Part shown: positions 59,502 through 64,000 of the stretch, one piece after another
Layout of the letters: each line of letters starts with the position of its first letter
How positions within the stretch are numbered: the first letter of the stretch is position 1
Assembly: GCA_040382195.1 (NCBI GenBank)
Contig: JBEIFX010000002.1
Span: 42,006 to 106,005, forward strand
Origin: Halobacteriovoraceae bacterium
GTDB lineage: Bacteria > Bdellovibrionota > Bacteriovoracia > Bacteriovoracales > Bacteriovoracaceae
DNA: 64,000 nt
Direction of reading: 5' to 3'
Notes under the pieces: generated by a model
Databases searched by the model: none
Told to the model about the DNA's origin: nothing
The model's input: the letters and a program-made list of their open reading frames with translations, nothing else
Translations under genes and position numbers: made by a program

Positions 59502-60952
59502 ATCACCTTAAATTTCTCTTTAAGATAACTTAAATAATCATCTACATCTAGTTTACCAATAATATCTCGTGCCGTCACGGAACGGCCTTTTTCATGAACA
59601 GCTTTATTTAGAAATGAATTAACAAAAGATAAATCTCCCTGCTCGATATCATTTCTAAAATTTCTCTTTTCATTTTTTAATTTGCGGTAAAGAGTTCCGG
59701 AAATGAGATTACCAAGTGTATAAGTTGGAAAATATCCAAAGGCTCCACCGGCCCAGTGGGAATCTTGTAAAACCCCTTCACTATTAGTGGAGGGAAGAAG
59801 ACCTAAGTAATCAAGATATTTTTTATTCCACAAGGAAGGTACCTCTCTTACTGGATAGTCATGATTAAAAATCATCTCCTCAATCTCGTAGCGGATAATA
59901 ATGTGAAGATTATAATAAAGTTCGCTCGACTCCACTCGGATGAGTCCCGGATGAGATTTATTAAAAACTCGAAATAGTTTCTCCGGAGTAACTCCCTTCA
60001 TGGATGAAGGAAAAAGCTCCTTCATCTTGGGATGAAGGAACCGGCAAAACTCGAGTGATCGTCCTACTACGTTTTCCCAAAAACGAGACTGTGATTCATG
60101 CACGGAGAGAGAAATTGCTTCCTGAAAAGGTGTACCTTCCCATTCTTGAGGAAGATGAAGTTCATAAAGAGCATGACCAACTTCGTGCATCGTGGAGCTT
60201 AAAGAATCAAGATTCATTGTTACATAACGAGTTGTGATTCGCTGGTCTCTCGGTGAGATGTTGATGCTAAAAGGATGTGTTGAAACATCGAGCCTTGAAA
60301 ACTCATTAGGAAGACCGCAAAGTTTCGTGACAAACTGGCTCAGGTTTTTCTGTGATTCTATGTTAAAAGGTCCATTAAGATCCGAAATCTTGGTAAACTT
60401 CCCATCACGATTGACTTTCGCCACAAGGTCCAAAAGACCACCTTTTAACTTAAAAAAAAGGCGGTCAATTTCTTTCGAAGAGAACTCCTTATCGTGAATT
60501 CTTATCAAAGCGTCATAAGGTTTTTTTTCCTTGAAAAAAGAGGCCTCACGTTTCTTGAGTTTGACCAATGTCTCAAGATGAGGCCTGAAGCTTTCCCAGT
60601 CATTTGATTTTCGGGTCTGTGCCCAGACATGAGAAGCAATGGTTTGAACATGAGTGATCTCTTTTACGTGGGATGTGGGGAGAGCATGATTTAATTGAAA
60701 GTCCCACCTAAGCTCTCTAAAAAGCTTTTTTTCAAGGTGAGACTTTTTTGTTATTGAAAAATCTTCAAGAAGATTTTGATATTTCTTCGAGGTGAGGAGT
60801 GCATGAATCTTTCCCTGAACGTAGGAGATTCTCTGAGCACGATCGTCGATGGCACCGGAAGGCATCATCGTCTCCATGTCCCAATACAGAAGAGATTGAA
60901 TGCTTTTTAGATAAGAATATTCCTGCAGGTAACTTTTAATCTTCTCAACCAT
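59498..60952 (-). CDS. Carboxypeptidase M32 (Taq-type)
   Basis: WDMETMMP, STHPF, HEVGHALYE, HESQSRFWEN, IRVES, LQDSHW and YFPTYTLGN. Confidence 0.95.
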   Translation of the reverse strand: MVEKIKSYLQEYSYLKSIQSLLYWDMETMMPSGAIDDRAQRISYVQGKIHALLTSKKYQNLLEDFSITKKSHLEKKLFRELRWDFQLNHALPTSHVKEITHVQTIASHVWAQTRKSNDWESFRPHLETLVKLKKREASFFKEKKPYDALIRIHDKEFSSKEIDRLFFKLKGGLLDLVAKVNRDGKFTKISDLNGPFNIESQKNLSQFVTKLCGLPNEFSRLDVSTHPFSINISPRDQRITTRYVTMNLDSLSSTMHEVGHALYELHLPQEWEGTPFQEAISLSVHESQSRFWENVVGRSLEFCRFLHPKMKELFPSSMKGVTPEKLFRVFNKSHPGLIRVESSELYYNLHIIIRYEIEEMIFNHDYPVREVPSLWNKKYLDYLGLLPSTNSEGVLQDSHWAGGAFGYFPTYTLGNLISGTLYRKLKNEKRNFRNDIEQGDLSFVNSFLNKAVHEKGRSVTARDIIGKLDVDDYLSYLKEKFKVI

Positions 60953-60968
60953 CCGTGGTCCTTAAATT

Positions 60969-61310
60969 TCATCTGAGAACTTTCTTAAAGATTGCTTCAT
61001 CGAAACCAAAAGTGAGAACACTACCCTCTTTCTCGAGGATTGGTCTTTTTATCATTGAGGTATTATTTTGAAGAAAAGTGATCTTTTCACTCATGCTTAG
61101 GGATTCAAATTGGACTTGGTACTTTTTATAGGTGACTCCCCTGGTGTTCACAGGGAGAGAGCCAAAACTTTGAGACCAGAGAGTAATGTCTTCTTCTGTT
61201 GGGCGGTATTTCTTGAAATCGACAAACTCAAAGTCTATCTTATTCTTTTGGAGAAATAGCCGTGCCTTTTTGACGGTGTCACAATTAGTAATACCAAAGA
61301 GTTTATACAT
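60969..61310 (-). CDS. ArsC/Spx family protein (YffB-like)
   Basis: GITNCDTVKKA and IKRPIL. The start overlaps the upstream response regulator stop. Confidence 0.9.
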   Translation of the reverse strand: MYKLFGITNCDTVKKARLFLQKNKIDFEFVDFKKYRPTEEDITLWSQSFGSLPVNTRGVTYKKYQVQFESLSMSEKITFLQNNTSMIKRPILEKEGSVLTFGFDEAIFKKVLR

Positions 61311-61662
61311 AACGGACAACTGTCTCAAGAATAGTCTCTAGCTCTACGGGCTTACTTAAAAAGGCAGTGATCTGAAAGTTTTTCATCTTATCCTTAGCGT
61401 TGGCTTCGGCAGACATAACAACGGTGGGAATTTTTGACCACGCACTATTTTTAAGTTGCTCCGTTCGAAATGCATATCCATCCATGATTGGCATCATAAG
61501 ATCAATGAGAATAAGATCAGGAAGAATTCCTCCCTCCAAAAACTTTATCGCTTCAAGCCCATTGACGGCAGAATAAACTTCGTAACTTTCGCTCTCTAAA
61601 AGCTCGACTAACAATTCTCTAATCGATGTGTCATCTTCAACGACCAGGATCTTCTTTGCCAT
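61303..61662 (-). CDS. Single-domain response regulator
   Basis: VVEDD, DLMMP, SA and SKP. Confidence 0.92.
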   Translation of the reverse strand: MAKKILVVEDDTSIRELLVELLESESYEVYSAVNGLEAIKFLEGGILPDLILIDLMMPIMDGYAFRTEQLKNSAWSKIPTVVMSAEANAKDKMKNFQITAFLSKPVELETILETVVRYV

Positions 61663-61918
61663 CCCTTATTTCTCGCCCTATTTAGGAATATGAATAGATG
61701 ATCCTTGCACAGTTAACCTTAGTTGTTGAGATAATTTTTCTTTTTTAAACATCGACTCAAGTATTAAATGATTTATGCTGCGCTCCAGCGAACGGGTTGT
61801 TAGCGATCGCAACGGCATCCTTTAACATTTGCTTATTATGATAGCGGCTCCAGTACCCAACTAAAATTATCTAGAGGCATACTTCCCTTTCCCACAGAGA
61901 AATTCATAGCTTGCTCTT

Positions 61919-63175
61919 TTATATACCCACTTTCAAAAGTTCTTTCCATGATGTCGTGAATTTCTGTGACTTGAAGTTAGCAATCGTCTTCCAGCGCTGA
62001 TTCACGCCGCAGGAGGCGCTCATGATTGTATGAGGGCCATACTTCTTATTAATGAGATCCATAACTTTATTGAGTTTTTCATTATCCGATGGATTAGGAT
62101 TGAAAATATCCAGTTGATTCTGCCCTTTGGGGATGACGTGATTTAATAGTACTCCAGCCTTCTTGTACTCAAAGCCAGGGCGATAAATATCTTCCAGAAC
62201 CTTGTGTGCCGCCTTAATAATTTTAATTGTATCTGAAGTCCCTGAAGAAAAATTTATGTGCCCGTGACCGTAGTACTGGGGAAGTTCTTTAAAAGGATTC
62301 GTATAAATAAAAATCGATAGACTAAAGCACACGCTGTTCTGCCTTCTTAATTTCAATGAGGCGTGAGTGGCGAAGTGAGCGAGGGCCTCCTTAAGCTCAT
62401 TCTTACTATAGATGGGAACCCCGAAGCTTCGGGAGGTGCCGGTATTTTTTTTATCCTCGGGGACTTCCATCGGAAGGCAACTGATTCCCCGGAGTTCATC
62501 CTGAATTTCTCGCCCAGTTTTAGTGAGCATTCTTTGAATGAGACTTTGGTTTTCAAAAATCTTAAAATCGAAGGCGGTTTTAATCCCTAGCATGCCAAGC
62601 TTTAAGGCAGAGCGCGAACCGATGCCCCAAAGATCGCCAACCGGAAATTTCTTTAAGACTTCATCAATCTCTTGAGGTTTGGTCATGACCCAGACGCCAC
62701 CATTTTTCTTGGCCATCTTATTGGCAACTTTTGAGAGAACCTTGGTGGTTGATATCCCTACACCCACAGGAATCCCCACATTCTGTAAGACCTCAAGGCG
62801 GATTCTTCTTCCATAATTTTCAAAGTCAAAATGATCAAATCCATCAAACTGAAGGAAGGCTTCATCCACCGAATAGATTTCAAAATCCGGGGAGAAGTTT
62901 CGAAGAGTGTCCATAACCCGCTTCGACATGTTATCGTAGAGGGTGTAGTTTGAAGAGAAGACGGCAACGTTGTGTTTTTTTATCCGCTCTTTAATTTTAA
63001 AATAAGGCTCGCACATCTGACCAAATCCAATGGCCTTCGCTTCCTTGGTAAAGGCAATGGCACAACCATCATTATTGGAGAGAACTATCACAGGCCTTCC
63101 CCTCGTTTCAGGGTGAAAAACACGTTCGCATGAGCAATAAAATGAATTACAATCTACGAGACAAAAGTATCTCAT
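61919..63175 (-). CDS. umuC: Y-family DNA polymerase V catalytic subunit
   Basis: DCNSFYCSCE, VLSNNDGC, SSNYTLY, YSVDE, GEYKKAG-like EYKKAG and a DUF4113-like C-terminus. Confidence 0.93.
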   Translation of the reverse strand: MRYFCLVDCNSFYCSCERVFHPETRGRPVIVLSNNDGCAIAFTKEAKAIGFGQMCEPYFKIKERIKKHNVAVFSSNYTLYDNMSKRVMDTLRNFSPDFEIYSVDEAFLQFDGFDHFDFENYGRRIRLEVLQNVGIPVGVGISTTKVLSKVANKMAKKNGGVWVMTKPQEIDEVLKKFPVGDLWGIGSRSALKLGMLGIKTAFDFKIFENQSLIQRMLTKTGREIQDELRGISCLPMEVPEDKKNTGTSRSFGVPIYSKNELKEALAHFATHASLKLRRQNSVCFSLSIFIYTNPFKELPQYYGHGHINFSSGTSDTIKIIKAAHKVLEDIYRPGFEYKKAGVLLNHVIPKGQNQLDIFNPNPSDNEKLNKVMDLINKKYGPHTIMSASCGVNQRWKTIANFKSQKFTTSWKELLKVGI

Positions 63176-63516
63176 GCTCCACCTCGGTTAAATTCCCGAA
63201 GAAGAGTCGTAACGACACCCCAGACAAAATCTCCTGTTTCAGGATCTTGTCCTTGGAGCATCTTCCGAGTGAATCGCTGGAGACGAAACTCATTACTCAT
63301 CACAAAAAGACAAAGTTGACCCTCCTGAGGGAGAAGAGCGCGATCGATCAAAAGCTTGTCTCCTTTTGAAATACCAAATACCTTTGAGTCACCCGCAGCT
63401 TCAATAATAAAAAGTGAAGGTCGATTTGTGAGATAGCGCTCGTCAAGTGAGAGCGGCTTCTCGGCAAATTCAGCGCAGGCAGATTGAAAACCAGTGACTT
63501 CGTAAGATTGGCCCAT
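63172..63516 (-). CDS. umuD: UmuD-like S24 family protein (short N-arm, catalytic Lys absent)
   Basis: TGFQSAC, GDS, GDKLLIDR and VWGVVT. ATGA overlap with umuC. Confidence 0.85.
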   Translation of the reverse strand: MGQSYEVTGFQSACAEFAEKPLSLDERYLTNRPSLFIIEAAGDSKVFGISKGDKLLIDRALLPQEGQLCLFVMSNEFRLQRFTRKMLQGQDPETGDFVWGVVTTLLREFNRGGA

Positions 63517-63521
63517 GGCCC

Positions 63522-63550
63522 ATTATGCGTAAGTTTTCCGTAACTTTCAA
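63522..63550 (-). promoter_or_regulatory. sigma70 promoter of umuDC, probably leaderless
   Basis: TTGAAA (63550-45), 17 nt spacer, CATAAT (63527-22), then only 5 nt before the ATG. No SD sequence. Confidence 0.6.
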
Positions 63551-63944
63551 GGGGGAGAATTATTCCTCGTATTAACGAATAGTTAGAGACAGAATCCACT
63601 TTGGGACTTGCCCTTGATAAAAAGTTGGGCCTTAAGGTCGCCTTTTCCCCTCCTATAAATCATAAGCTTCTTTTCTGATGTATTAAAAACTAAGGGAATG
63701 GAACTACGGGCAGTATCGTGCTGAAAGGTTCCATCCAGTCAGCAAAGAGGAAGTGTCTCTTGACCAAGATACAATCCAGAGAATGAAGAGCATTAGAAAT
63801 ACCGTAGATGTTGCACTCGTGACCAAAATGAGAAAAAGAGTGTGTTAAAAAAAAGAAGAGAGGCAAGAAAAGTTTAAGCTTAAATCCTCACCTCTACCCT
63901 AATAGAAAGAAAAGTAAATAAGGAATAAAGTGACGTAAACTCAA

Positions 63945-63998
63945 TTACTTCTTAATAAGTGAGAGGAACTCCGCTCTAAGCTTGGGGTCTTCCTTGAA
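63945..63998 (-). CDS. folE: 3' end of GTP cyclohydrolase I (partial, enters from the window end)
   Basis: Reads FKEDPKLRAEFLSLIKK*, matching the FolE C-terminal F.eDpk.R.EFl.li pattern. Only 17 residues are visible. Confidence 0.7.
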   Translation of the reverse strand, partial: FKEDPKLRAEFLSLIKK

Positions 63999-64000
63999 TT

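Noticed and set aside
61663-61918. GC-rich palindromes (gcgatcgc, cgctggagcg) and a 46-aa frame upstream of the response regulator as a riboswitch or leader
   Set aside because: No match to the c-di-GMP or other riboswitch consensus I know, and the hairpins are short.
57698-63543. Shared 10-mer TTTTCCGTAA upstream of ygiQ (57698-57707) and umuD (63534-63543) as a common SOS operator
   Set aside because: One extra occurrence of an AT-rich 10-mer in 128 kb of both strands is within chance, and the flanks do not agree.
1-64000. CRISPR arrays, tRNA/rRNA genes, transposases, integrases, prophage genes and known defence systems
   Set aside because: None was recognised on either strand: no regularly spaced repeats and no such protein motifs.

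Overview
A 64-kb stretch of moderately AT-rich bacterial chromosome. Gene content suggests a predatory Bdellovibrionota (Bacteriovoracaceae-like) organism; this is inference, not a direct marker. It holds about 65 densely packed genes. Housekeeping and metabolic genes: two-subunit class I fumarase, fabH, yebC, a TetR-controlled thiolase/thioesterase unit, ung, msrA, eukaryote-type class Ia nrdBA with tandem NrdR boxes, rlmN, tcdA, hrpB, phhA, two ABC-F ATPases, ygiQ, arfB, an M32 carboxypeptidase, umuDC and the 3' end of folE. Secreted or surface proteins: a GLUG/Ig lipoprotein, a trypsin-like protease, a DUF1460 amidase and an oomycete-type transglutaminase with a Pep-13-like motif. I found no rRNA, tRNA, CRISPR array, integrase or transposase. 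The most unusual items are: (i) a three-gene DabA/DabB/extra antiporter-subunit inorganic-carbon-pump operon; (ii) a UmuD that looks pre-cleaved and catalytically dead and is probably translated from a leaderless mRNA; (iii) a His-rich 15-aa uORF coupled to nrdB; (iv) a pseudo-hydrolase/response-regulator/giant ABC1-kinase cluster; (v) an unannotated 22-aa membrane peptide gene with a clean promoter and RBS. All functional calls come from motif recognition by eye, with no database searches.
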